A stretch of DNA of 64,000 bases from Neocallimastix sp. 'constans' (taxonomy: Eukaryota), in assembly GCA_050613775.1 (NCBI GenBank), contig JBODTK010000010.1, forward strand, positions 124,001 to 188,000. The letters run 5' to 3'. Made by a program: the position numbers and the translations under genes. The notes beneath the pieces were generated by a model. The model was given only the letters and a program-made list of their open reading frames with translations, did no database searches and was not told where the DNA came from. Positions 11,171 to 24,268 of the stretch are shown here, one piece after another. Position 1 is the first letter of the stretch. Each line of letters opens with the position of its first letter.

Positions 11171-11635
11171 GTATATAGTGTATGCTTCAATTATATTTTA
11201 ATAATGATTGTTATATTAAAAGTTATTTGAAATTAAATAATATAAGAAAAAAAAATTTAAATAAAAAATTGAACAGTCATTTAAAGTATATAAATATTAA
11301 GAATAAATTTTAATTTTTTGAAAGTGTTTTTGTGTTTAATAAAGTGTATTTTATGTTTATATCTTATAATTTATATTATCGTTTTTTTAATAAAAATATT
11401 TTTGTATATATATATTAAATTATAAATAATTTTTTTTTTTTTTTTCTTTTATCTTATTTTGTTTTAATATGTTTCAATTTAAAATAGAAGTATAACTTTT
11501 GTTTTATTGATTTATAATTTTTTTTTCTAGATTAAAACAATAATTAATAATAAAACATAAAACGATTTTTAAATTTTTTTTTTTTTTTAAGATTAAAACA
11601 ATAATAAATTATAAAACTGAAAAAAATAAGTAAAA

Positions 11636-12985
11636 ATGAAAGTTACTAAAGCACTCTTTTCTATTAGTAAATTTCTTTCAAATTCCAAAATTCCTAATCC
11701 ATTTAAGAAGATTATAATTAACTCTTATGTACTTAGTAAAGTCACTTATTTTGCGTCTTTACTTGGTTCAAATAAAGCGAGTACAAATAATACTCAGAAA
11801 TTAATTAATAAAGGATTAAGATGGGTTGCAGGTATACAAAAAGCTAAATCATTTATTATTATATATTCTATTTCAAAAGATTTAAATATTCCTCCATTGT
11901 CAGCTAAGTGTGCTTTGTCTCAAGTCAAATGTTTTGATAAATGGAAAGATTCAAATTGTATTATTTCCTATTTAGTTAATAATATTCCAAAAATCTAGAA
12001 AATATACATGGAAAAAAGAAAGTAGAACTCTTAAACGTAAACTAGAGAAAAGAGGTAATAACGATAATAAAATCAAGAATTTTTATTGGAATAGAGATAT
12101 GAAAATCAATTCTATTAAAGCTGAGTTTTATGACAAAAACAAATTCAAAGAAACATCAAAATTTATAGAACTTTGTTATGAATATCCTGATCTTTCATAT
12201 GGTTTCTATTGGCTATTGAGAGCACAAAGCGGATATAGATTAGATGCTAGAATTGCTAAAGCTGCAAAAATAATAGATCAGATGTGTCCTAATTTTTGTC
12301 ACTGTTGTAAAAGTAATAAACAATGGATAAGTCATTGGTTAATTGATTGTCCATTTTTCAATCATATTCGTAGTAAAGTTAATGATAAAATTTTATTTTT
12401 ATTAAATGTTTTCTACTGTGGCAACCTAACAAATGATATTGTTAATAGTAATAATGATTACGGCAACAGTAATAATAATAATAGTAATAATAGTAATAGT
12501 AATAATAGTTTTAGTAATATTAGTAATAATATTATTAGTAATGTTAGTAATAGTATTGAAAATAATGTGTATGTTGATTCTAGTGTGTGTGAAAAAGTAT
12601 TTAATTTCCTTCTTGGAGGTCGAACTATTAGTAATAGTACAAGGGAATGGAAGGATCTATTTAAGTGCCAGATGAAATCAGGTGCTTATTCTGATACTCC
12701 ATTCTTGGTGGTTACTACGGCACTTCTCCAATCGATTATACCTATTGCTATTGGCCAGCAATGGTCTTTGTTCAATAGGTTCAAATCGAATCGTACTACT
12801 ACTACTAAGAACTTCAATGCTGAAGAAACAGTATGGCAGGCCAGCAGGGCTAGCGCAACCAATGAAGATCATAATTTTGTATCTTAAAATTATGATTAAC
12901 ATTGCGAAGTCAAAATTAATTATTATACTTCATTAATTAAATGATACTAGAATATATTATCCCATTATTTTATTTTATTTTATTT
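11636..12985 (+). mobile_element. 5'-truncated LINE ORF2 3' portion (family A), copy 2
   Basis: Intact CCHC-type knuckle CPNFCHCCKSNKQWISHWLIDC typical of non-LTR ORF2 C-termini; same frameshift (ccaaaaatctag) as copy 1; no RT core. Confidence 0.85.
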
Positions 12986-13168
12986 TGTGTTTTATTTTGT
13001 GTTTTTTTTTGTTTTGTTTATTTTTTTTATCTTTTTTATTATATTTTAAATAGATAAATAAATAAATAATTAATTAATTAAATAAAAAATAAATAAATAA
13101 AATTATAATAAATGAATAAATTAAAATGTATATATAATAAATTATATATAAATATAATAATAATAAAT

Positions 13169-13502
13169 AGAATAACTTTAATTAATTATAATAATAATGT
13201 GTGATAAAATATTTTATTTTCTAATATTTAAATATGATATAAAACAAATATGTGTAGTTAACATATTTATATATTTAATAATAATTATTAAATATTAAAT
13301 TTATATCTTTTTGATAATAATCATTTTATTTTATTTTATTTCAATATGTATTATTAATTATAATTTTATTAATAAAATTTACTAAACTACCATTATTTAA
13401 AACTCACTGCTTATAAATTATTGCACATAAAAGTCCCGCATATCAAATATTTTATCACATGTTTAAATGTAATTTTATTTCTACTTTAATTAAAGTTATT
13501 CT
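13169..13502. mobile_element. MITE-like element, second copy
   Basis: 17-bp outer IR agaataactttaattaa/ttaattaaagttattct plus the same inner IR. Confidence 0.55.
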
Positions 13503-14532
13503 CTAAGTTAAAAAAAAAAAAAAAATTACAAAACTCGGTTCTTTTAAGGTGAAGCAATTTATGAGTTTTATGAAAATTTATTTTATTTAAGAATTACAAC
13601 TACATATCATTCTTTAAAATGATAATTAATATTTATTCCTAAAACTAATATTTATTTTTATACTTTTATCTAAACTTAATTTACTTTTCCTTTTATTAAT
13701 GATTAAATTCAATAATAAAAATATATAAATTAATTTTAATATAAATATTATAAAAACTTGATTAATACATAAATTTATGCTTTTACTACATTTTTTATTA
13801 ACATAAATTTCTTATCAATTATAGTTTTTTTTATTACTATTTTATATCATTAAGTTCTTTCAAAAAGCAAAAAAAAAAAAAAAAAGGGGGGGGCTGAAAC
13901 CAATAGCTGTACAAACCTGAAATAAAAAAAAAAGAAAAAAAAAATTTATTCAAAATAGGACCCTGTTATATTTAAAAATATAACAAATCTCATTTTGTAT
14001 ATTAAAAATTTAATCCACTATTAAATATTAATATTATTAGTGATGTTAAATTAAATTGATAAAATTTAATTTAAATTGTAAAAAAAAAAAAAAAAAAAAA
14101 AAATTTCTAGAAATTAAATTTTATTTATATTTAATTAGAGTTTATTAATTGTAACATTCAATTTTATATTTTAATTATTACAAAATATTAATTATTAATA
14201 AAAATCACAATATACATATAATATATTCATCGGTTGAATATATATTAAAATTATAAATAACATAATTATTTTTTAAATAATATACCATATAAACTTATAA
14301 AAAATAAATAAATAAAAAAAAAAAAAAATTCAAATATAAAAGAAAGAAATTTCCTTATTATTAAAAAAATCAAAATATATAAAAAAAAATTTGAACTTTA
14401 GAATAACATAAAAAATTATTTTTATTATATAAGTTATTTTAAAGATAAAAAAATTTTTATTTAAATTATTTTAAAAATTATAAATATTTTATATTATTTT
14501 TTTTTAATAAAAAAATATATTTATTTATAAAA

Positions 14533-15270
14533 ATGAAAAATAATCAAGAAGAAATAGATGATGTTAACTCTCAGGGAGATGCTGAGATTGGAAGCCCAGC
14601 TCAAGATCAAGGTCATGGTTTTGATAATCCTAATTTCAATCTACTAAACCTGACAGTTGCAGACGGAGCTCATAATTTACATCAGGACAATACAGTAAAC
14701 CTGGCAAATCTAGCTCAAGTTCAAGGTAATGGTTTTGGTGTTCCTCAGATCAATACAGTAAACGAGGCAAATCAAGCTCAAGGTCGTGGTAATCTTCAGG
14801 ACAATCCAGTAAACCATGAAATTATAGCTCGAAATCGTGGTGATCCTCAGGACGATACAGTAAACCATGAAGTTCCAGTTCCAGTTCTAACTCAAGGTCA
14901 TGATTTTCTTCAAGACAATGCAGTAAACCAGGCAGATTTAGCTCAAGGTCATGGTTTTGAATTTCTTGCTCAAGGTCATGATGTTCTTCAAGTCAATGCG
15001 GTAAATCACCTTGGTAGAGGTCAAGGTATTATGTATGGCATTCAACGTAATAATCAAGACCAGAATAATCCTCGTGCAAGAAATCAAAATTTAGTTGAAC
15101 TTCGTGAAAATTTAATTGAAAATGTTGTAAATGAATGGAGACATCTAAAAAGTTTGAAAGTGAAAAAAGCGGATTTAGAAAGAAGAATAAGTAATAAAGA
15201 AGTTTTAATAAACATTATTACAAACGAAGAAAACTTTATTAACAATCATTATCAGAGTATAAATGAATAA
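14533..15270 (+). CDS. Q/N-rich repeat protein with C-terminal coiled coil (unit 3, 245 aa)
   Basis: Open frame, 6 repeats; longer C-terminus because it has GAA where units 1 and 2 have TAA. Confidence 0.88.
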   Translation: MKNNQEEIDDVNSQGDAEIGSPAQDQGHGFDNPNFNLLNLTVADGAHNLHQDNTVNLANLAQVQGNGFGVPQINTVNEANQAQGRGNLQDNPVNHEIIARNRGDPQDDTVNHEVPVPVLTQGHDFLQDNAVNQADLAQGHGFEFLAQGHDVLQVNAVNHLGRGQGIMYGIQRNNQDQNNPRARNQNLVELRENLIENVVNEWRHLKSLKVKKADLERRISNKEVLINIITNEENFINNHYQSINE

Positions 15271-15352
15271 TACAATGAAGGAAAAAATGGTGATTATAAA
15301 ATAATATAAATTACTTTATTAAAGTAATTTATATTTTCTTATACACTTATAT

Positions 15353-15392
15353 TAATCAAAAGAAAAAATTTCATAGTTTTTTCTTTTGATTA
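15353..15392 (+). other. 3' hairpin of unit 3 (loop TCAT)
   Basis: taatcaaaagaaaaaatt-tcat-agttttttcttttgatta (one G-U pair). Confidence 0.8.
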
Positions 15393-16382
15393 GTGTATAG
15401 TGTATGCTTCAATTATATTTTAATAATGATTGTTATATTAAAAGTTATTTGAAAATTTAATAATATAAGAAATAAAAAAATTTAAATAAAAAATTGAACT
15501 GTCATTGAAAATATATAAATATTAAGAATAAATTTTAATTTTTTGAAAGTGTTTTTGTGTTTAATAAAGTGTATTTTATGTTTATATCTTATAATCTATA
15601 TTATCGTTTTTTTAATAAAAATATTTTTGTATAAATATGTTAAGTTTTTGTTTTAATAAGTTTCAATTTAAAAATATTTTTGTATATATATTAAGTTAAC
15701 AAAAAAATTTTTTTTTTTATTTTATTTTGTTTTATTTTATTTTATTTTGTTTTAATAAGTTTCAATTAAAATAGGAATAATTTTTGCTATTATTTATGAT
15801 ATACGGGACTTTTATGTGCTATATTTTAATTATAATAATATAGTTATATCTTTATTTAATTTATTATTCCTTTTCCTAAAAACTAAAAAAACCCCCTTTC
15901 TAAATTAATTTATTAGAAATTGGTTATTATTAAGAAATTACATTTTAAAATTATAAAATTTAATAGTATGAAATATATTTTAAACATATAATATAAATTA
16001 TATATATATAAGAATACAATATCTATATTTAAATAATAAATGTATATTATATGTAAAAGAAAAAATAAATATAAAATAATACATAATAATATATTGTATA
16101 ATATAATAAAAATCCTATTAAAGTTAAATATAAAAATATTATTATATTTTAATATAATAATATATAATTATAAAATAAATAATATAATATAATATATTAT
16201 AAAATAATATGTAATTTAATATATATTATAATAGTAATTATAATATAATAATGAATAATTAATAATATATTATAAAAATTATTATCAAAAGATATAAATT
16301 TAATATTTAATAATTATTATTAAATATACAAATATGTTACTACACATATTTGTTTTAGATCATTTATTATGTCACGTTCTAT

Positions 16383-16870
16383 GAAAATATTTTAATAAAA
16401 TAAACGTGATAAAAATAAATTTATGTAAATTATTTATTATTTATTATTAATTATTTAATTATTTGTTAAATAAAAATGGAAGTTTAATATTTTTATATTT
16501 TTATAAAAGGTTTGTTATAGGAATAGTTGATCATTGATTTATTTGTTCTAAATGGTAAAATGAATTCCTAAACTCAACAAATAGTTATGTACTCCAACAA
16601 GATTTCAACTTACAAAACTATTAAAATTAGTAATTATAATTATAATTATAATAACAATAACAATAATAATAAAAAAATAATAAATAATAGATAATAAATA
16701 ATTGAATAATAATAAATAATAAATAATTAAATAATTAAATAATTAAATAAATAATAATAATAATTAAATAATCAATAATGAATAATAAATATTAATAAAA
16801 AATAAATAATGAATAATGAATAATTGACATAAATATATTTTTATCACGTTTATTTTATTATAATATTTTC
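16383..16870. mobile_element. MITE-like element with 35-bp terminal inverted repeats
   Basis: gaaaatattttaataaaataaacgtgataaaaata (16383-16417) vs tatttttatcacgtttattttattataatattttc (16836-16870), one mismatch; non-coding interior. Confidence 0.6.
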
Positions 16871-17094
16871 AAAGAGTGAAACGTTTCAAAAAATTTCGTT
16901 ATAAATTATTATTGAAACAAATAATATATATTTTAAATAAATAATTTGATAAATAAAAAAAATTAATAAATAAATGAATTAATAATGAAACAGATAAATA
17001 ATATTTATTTTAAATAAATAAATAAATAAATAAATAAAATTATAATAAATGAAAAAGTTTAAAAAATATATATATAATAAATAACAAATAATTA

Positions 17095-17592
17095 AATAAT
17101 ATATAATAAATAATAAATAATAAATAATGAATAATAAATAATAAATAAATAATAAATAAATAATAATAAATAATAAATAAATAATAAATAAATAATAATA
17201 AATAATAAATAATAAATAATAAATAATGAATAATAAATAATAAATAATAAATAATAAATAATAAATAATAAATAATAAATAATAAATAATAAATAATAAA
17301 TAATAAATAATAAATAATAAATAATAAATAATAAATAATAAATAATAAATAATAAATAATAAATAATAAATAATAAATAATAAATAATAAATAATAAATA
17401 ATAAATAATAAATAATAAATAATAAATAATAAATAATAAATAATAAATAATAAATAATAAATAATAAATAATAAATAATAAATAATAAATAATAAATAAT
17501 AAATAATAAATAATAAATAATAAATAATAAATAATAAATAATAAATAATAAATAATAAATAATAAATAATAAATAATAAATAATAAATAATA
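17095..17592. repeat. (AATAAAT)n heptamer microsatellite
   Basis: About 500 bp run; produces the spurious IIYYLLF ORFs. Confidence 0.95.
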
Positions 17593-17764
17593 CAATAATA
17601 AATATTTCTCATAAATATTTAAAAAAATACTTATAAATAATTTATTTTCTATTTATTAAGGTTGATTATTTTTAATTTAAAATGATATTAAAAAATTATG
17701 TATGTGAATTTTCATTTTTTATTTTTTAGAAATTTTTTATTATATAATATATAGTGTTAAAATG

Positions 17765-17940
17765 TTTTTTTTTTTATCATATATTATTACTCAAAATAAT
17801 TAAATTAAAGAGTCATATATATTATTTAAACTATAATTAAAAGATCGAAAGTTTTTTTTTTATCTTATATTATTACTCAAAATAATTAATTTATAAAGAG
17901 TCATATATATTATTTAAACTATAATTAAAAGATCGAAAGT
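17765..17940. repeat. Direct tandem duplication (~88 bp x2)
   Basis: ...aaagagtcatatatattatttaaactataattaaaagatcgaaagt occurs twice. Confidence 0.85.
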
Positions 17941-18332
17941 ATTAAATTTATTTATTATTATTTTACTATTTCTTTAATTTATGTATATAAATTTGTATAT
18001 ATTTTAATTATAAATGAGATTGTATTAATTACTTTTTTTTTTTTTTTCTTTCTTTTTTATAACTATATTTCATATTTTAATATTTTTATTTTATGTTATT
18101 ATTATTGATAGTTAACTTGTAATTAAACTTTTTATTATTTATTACTTATTATTTACTTTTACATATTAAATTCTCTTTCTTATATATGCATTCATCGTTA
18201 AGATATTAAAAATTATTTTATTATAAATGAAATTTAAATTATATGAAAATGAATAATTAAAAACTCATTTTGTTAATGAAAAAATATTAAAAATATTAAG
18301 AAATATGAAAAGTTTATTTATAAAAATTTTAA

Positions 18333-18471
18333 GAATAATAATATAATAATATTTAAAATTCATTTATAATAATTTATAATATCTTTAATGAATAATAATA
18401 AAATAATATTTAAAATTCATTTATAATAATTTATAATATCTTTAATGAATAATAATAAAATAATATTTAAA
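18333..18471. repeat. Direct tandem duplication (~58 bp, >2 copies)
   Basis: taatatttaaaattcatttataataatttataatatctttaatgaataataataaaa repeated. Confidence 0.8.
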
Positions 18472-19065
18472 GTTTGGCATCTTTAAATACAATAATCCGC
18501 TCATACATTATTGGAACTGTGTATATAAATAAATTTATTAGTATAGATTTAGAGTTATATTAAAATATTTGCGGATAAAAATGAATATAAAAAAAATATA
18601 TATATATTAAATAAAATATGAGAAATTTTAAAAAAAAAGTTAGAACAAAAAAAAAAAAAAAGAGAAGAAAAAAACAAGAAATAATAATATATAAATAAAT
18701 AAAAAAAAAGAGAGATAGAAAAAGAATAAAATAAAGAAAGAAAAAAAAAAAAAAAAAAAAGAAAGAAAATAGGAAAGAATAAAAATAAAATATTAATAAT
18801 TATATAATATACAAGAAATAAGAATAAAAAACTGAATATATAATTATAATATATAAAAAAATAAAAAATAAAACTATTTATATATATAAATATATACAAA
18901 AAATAAAAAAATAAAAGAAAAATAATAATAAAATAATAAATAATAAAAAGATTAAATTTTAAATTTAATAAATTTAAAAAAAAAAAAAAAAAAAAAATAT
19001 AAAATAATTATGTATTAAAAAATAAATAATAAAAGTATTAAAAATATTTTTAAAAAGTAATAAAA

Positions 19066-21532
19066 ATGTACAATCTTGCCTATATATTCTTAATTATTAA
19101 TTTTTTGGTTTTTACTTTAGCCGAAAATAATTATTATATTATTTCAATTAGAAGAAGTAAGAAAGATGAAGAGTATGACGAAGCAAGTCAAAAAATTCAA
19201 AATGCAATCGACGAATTAGTCAATGATAGAATGAATGATATTTATAATATAATTGATGAAAACAAAGAAACTTTTGTTTTGGAAAACGGAAAACAGGATG
19301 AAAAATTAAAAGAATTAGAAATAAATAAATTAAAATTAGAAAAGCGTAATTTAAAAAATAGAACAATATTTAGATATGCAAATAAAAATAGACCTCAATT
19401 TCACAGAAATAATATTAAACGTTCAGTAGATGATAAGGAAATTGAAATTGAAATTGAATCGGATTTAGTTCGTCCTATTTGTCCTATTTTAAATTATTAT
19501 GCTGTTAAAGCGTATTTATCAGATGAAATTGTTGAAAAAGTAAAGCAACTGCCTAATGTTATTGGTTGTGAAAAAATTGAAAACTCAAAGAGTTCCAATT
19601 TAGATAAATATTATGATATAGAATCCATTAAGGAAGAGACTCAATGGTCTGATGTTAGTGTTCAAGAAAATGAAACAAACTTTTCAAATCATTTTTCTCA
19701 TTTATCCTTAATTTCTCAAGATAAATTTATTAAAAATAATACAACTTTTGCCTATGATAATAATTATTATTACCCCTCTTCCGCTGGTAAAGGAATAGAT
19801 ATTTATATTATTGATATTGGTCTTTCAACTGGCAGTGACTTTGGTGAAGAAGAATGGAAAGAACATGAAGATTTTTCTACTTATAATGATGAACGTACCG
19901 TTTCTTGTGACGTTTTAATTAGTAATGGTGAAATAAAAAATGTGGAGGATAAAAAGTATTGTTCAATTTTTGATGATGAAGAAGCCAGAACTAAATATGA
20001 TCATTTTTCATCCTATCCAGATCATGGAGTAATGGCAGCCTCTCTTGTTGCAGGAAAAATATATGGTGTTGCCAAAAAGGCAAATATTCATATGATTGCC
20101 ACTGAATTTGAAAATGATGATGAATTAGTTGCTCTTGATTATGTTAAGCAAGTTGGTATACCATATAAATCTATTATTACTATTTCACGTAATGGTAATT
20201 GTAAGTACAACCAACTCATTCAAGATAAAATAGATGAATTAACCAATAAAGGAATAATAATAATTGTTTCTGCCGGAAATGAAAATTCCAATGCGTGTAA
20301 AATATATAAAACTGAAGATAATACCAAAATTCTTAATTTATACGCCGGATATAAAAATGTAATTACTGTCGCTGCTACAGAAAATATAATTTATAGTGAT
20401 ATCTCAAATGGATATAAAGCAGCAAGCTATTCAAACTATGGTAGTTGTATCGATTTATTTGCCCCTGGTGAGGCTATTTTTGCCAATACTAATTATAGAT
20501 ATGATGGTTATACTAATATGCATGGTACCTCCTGTGCTGTACCAGTTGTTGCCGGTGTTGCTGCTACTATTATGTCTGAACATCCTCATATTCAGTACCA
20601 TTATGAATCAATGAGAGAAGAACTAATTGAAAGATCATTGAAAGGGGTCATCAGTGATTTAGGTTCCCCAGATACTCCAAATCGATTCATTAACAATGGT
20701 AAGCGTTCAATTTATGAACCTATAAGATGTGATCATCCATCAGGTAAATATAAATGTGAGACTGGATGTTGTTCAACAGAAGGTAAATGTATTGAATATT
20801 CAGACATTCCTGATGATGAGGATGTATTAGATATCTGTTTTATTGATAATGGATGTGATAGTAAATTTGGACGATGCCTTCCTTCAAGTCCAGATACGCC
20901 AGGTCTTACGGAAGTTGAAAGAAAAAAATTAGTAATTAATGCATGTACTAATGAATTGAGACCTTATGAATTCTGTGACATTGAAATAGTAGATTCAAGT
21001 CTTAGAGGTATTTATTCAAACTATGAATTTAAAGAAACCTGTAGATTCTATAGAAGTAGTCATTGTAAGGAATTCTTTAGTTCCCCGTATGACTATGCAC
21101 CAAGTTGTGTGGAAGCTCAAAAATATAGAGAATTTAGAATCATTTCACAAGATAAGGAATATATGAAAAGTCAGGAAATTATTAATAATTTCTATTGTGC
21201 AGGAGAATACGACAATGGCGTTTTTAATATGTGTTCTCTCTCAAAGAAATTATATTTACACCAATTTAAAGATAAGAATGAAAAAGAAAACGAAATTAAA
21301 AAGAATTGTGCAATAAGTGAATGTCATGAACCTTTTGTCGAATACAGTAAACATTTACTTGATTTATATGGTGAAGATCCAGAGAACAAAAATTACGTTG
21401 AATCCTTTTCTGAGGTAAATGAAAGAATGGAATTCTTATTATCATCTGAATGTAATGCATCCAATTCCACTCCTCCTTCAACTTCTTCTTCTGAAGCTAA
21501 TTCCACTACTATAACTAATGAATTATTATCAT

Positions 21533-21563
<31 letters not shown>

Positions 21564-21858
21564 TACTTCTACCAATACATCTACTAAATCTACGACTTCC
21601 AAACCATCTAACACTAAAAAAATTATAATTAAAACCGTTACTACTAAGAGAGTAGTAATTAGAACAACAGTTAAACCAGTCAAGTTAACTTCCACTACCA
21701 CAAATAAAACTAAAACCCAGAATTTTTCAAAAGTAAAAACCACCTCAAAAACCACCACCACTACTACTAGAACAACAACAACAACCAAAAAAATAAAAAC
21801 AACGATAACCAAAAAAATACAACCAACACCCAAGAAATGTTGGTGGTGTTGGTGGTAA
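19066..21858 (+). CDS. Secreted subtilisin-like serine protease (S8): prodomain, S8 domain, hevein-like Cys module, 10-Cys domain, Thr/Lys-rich tail
   Basis: Signal peptide; I9-like YAVKAYLSDEIVEKVKQLPNV; catalytic motifs IYIIDIG, DHGVMAAS, VSAGN, GTSCAVP; ASYSNYGSCIDLFAPG. Confidence 0.95.
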
Positions 21859-24268
21859 AAAAAATAATAAAATTAAAAAAAAAATAAAATTAAAAAAAAT
21901 AAAAAAAAAATAATAAATTAAACATATTAAAAAAATAAAATAAAATAAAAAATAAAAATATTAAAATAGTTTAAAATAATAAAATAAAATAAAAAATAAA
22001 ATAAAACTATTATTATACAATCATTACATTATAAATATAATTATCTATCTATTAATATATAATATATATTATTTATTATCATATTCTCATAAGAAAATAA
22101 TAAATATGAATATAAAAAATAATAATATCCTCTATTATAAAATATTTATTATATAAAATAAAAAAAAAAATATAAATAAAAAAATAAATTTATAAATTTA
22201 TAAATTTATAAATATATATATGTAAATATATGTAAATATTTTAAAAAATTTAATATATATATATATTTATTTAAATAAAACCTAAATTAAATTATTCAAT
22301 AAATCGAAGTAAACCCTTCAAATAAATAAATAATAAATAAATAAATAAATATTTATATAAAATTAAATAAATAAAAATAAATAAATAATTTTAATAATAA
22401 AATATCAAAATAAAAAATAAAGTTGTACTTTGGAAATAAAAAAAAAAATTATTTTTTCTTTTTTTTTTTTTTAGTTGTACTTTTTAATTTTTTATTTTTT
22501 CATATTCTATTTAATTATACTATATTAAATATTAATCTATATAATAATTTTGTGTTACTTTCCTTTTTTTTAAAAAAAAAAAAAAAAAATTCGATGATCA
22601 GAAAGAATCATCTCTATAAATTTTAAGATGCCAAAAGTAATAATTAAACCAAGAAACAAACAAGATATAAATAAATAAATAAATAAAAAGTATCATTAAT
22701 AATTATTCAATTCTTATTTTATTTATTATAGTTGATATTATTACAAAAAAAAAAAAAAAAAGTAAATAAATAATAAAATTTTGGATATTCTGTTTCATTT
22801 TTTTAATTAATTATTAGTATACCATTATGTTTTTAATTAAGTTTTAAAATATTTTAAAATTTTATATATATTTTTATATTTATATAATTTATATAATTTA
22901 TATTTATATATATAATTTATATTTCTTTTTTCTTTTTTCTTTTTCTTTTTTCCACTGTCATTTGAAGTTAAATTAGGAGTTTAATTTAAATTGATTATAT
23001 TTTCTTTACAATAATTAATATATTAATATATATCTTATATTAATTATTGTAAAGTAAATATAATCAACAATAATTAATCTATTTTTTTTATATATTTATT
23101 CAACAATAAGTAATCTATTTTATACATAAATATTTAACATTAATCTATTTTTTATATATATGTTGTACAAAAATAATTAATATAAAAGATAATCTTATTA
23201 TATATTAAAATATTAAATTAAATAAATCATTATAATATAATATAATATATTATATTATATTGTTATTATTATTCAATTAACCGTCACCAAAAAATTAAAA
23301 AGATTGAAAAAATTAAAAAAAATAAAATAATAAAATATATAAATATATTTATAATATATATGAATCTTTAATCTAAACAGTAATATTAAAATCTTTTTAT
23401 ATTAGAGAATAATATAAAAAGATTTGAATATTTAATAAATTTTATTATTATTATTATTATTATTTATATATTATTTTTATAATTATTAATAATTAATAAT
23501 TATTATTATTATTATTATTATTATATAATCTAACTATTTATTATTATTTTATTCCATCTTATTTTATTTTATTTTATTTTTTTATTTTGAAATTAAATAT
23601 TTATATAAATAAATATATAAAGAAATAAACAAATATAATTTTTATTAAAAGAATTTATTTATTTGTTTATTTTTTTTTACTTTTTAGAAAATACAAGTTT
23701 TTATATTATATTAAAACTAAATTTATATTATTAAAAAATTAGTATCACAATTATTACATAATTATAATCATTAAAGTTTAAATTTGACATTTTACTTTTG
23801 AGAAAAAAAAATATATATATAATATGAATATAAGATATAAAAAAGTTTTTGAAGTTTACTCTTTTTAATAATTATAAAAAAAAAATAATAATAATAATAA
23901 TAGTAATAATAGTAATAATAATAATAAAAGAATAAAAACAAAACAATAAAATAAAATAAAATAAAATAAAATAAAATAAAATAAAATAAAATAAAAAGAA
24001 AAAGTTTTTTAATTTTATAAAATATTAAAATAGAATTGAAATTAAAAAAAAAAAAAAGTAGAAATAAAAGTTATTAATAAATAAAAGTATAATTATTTAA
24101 AAATAAAAAATTGAAATTTAATAAAAATTTAAATTTCAAGATAAATTAAAAATCAATAATAATAATAATATATTTTATTAAAAAAAAAAAAAATAATACA
24201 TAAATAAATAAAAATAAATATCTATTTTTAAAGAGTTATTTTTTAAAAAAAAAAATAATAATAATATA

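Larger units (their letters stand above)
4630..15790 (+). repeat. Tandem segmental duplication, three units (about 4630-8290, 8290-13045, 13045-15790)
   Basis: Near-identical upstream regions, ORFs and 3' regions; start codons at 5627, 9763 and 14533; units 1 and 2 include the same LINE fragment. Confidence 0.95.

Noticed and set aside
17040..18899. IIYYLLF and F-rich ORFs
   Set aside because: Translations of microsatellite or poly-T sequence.
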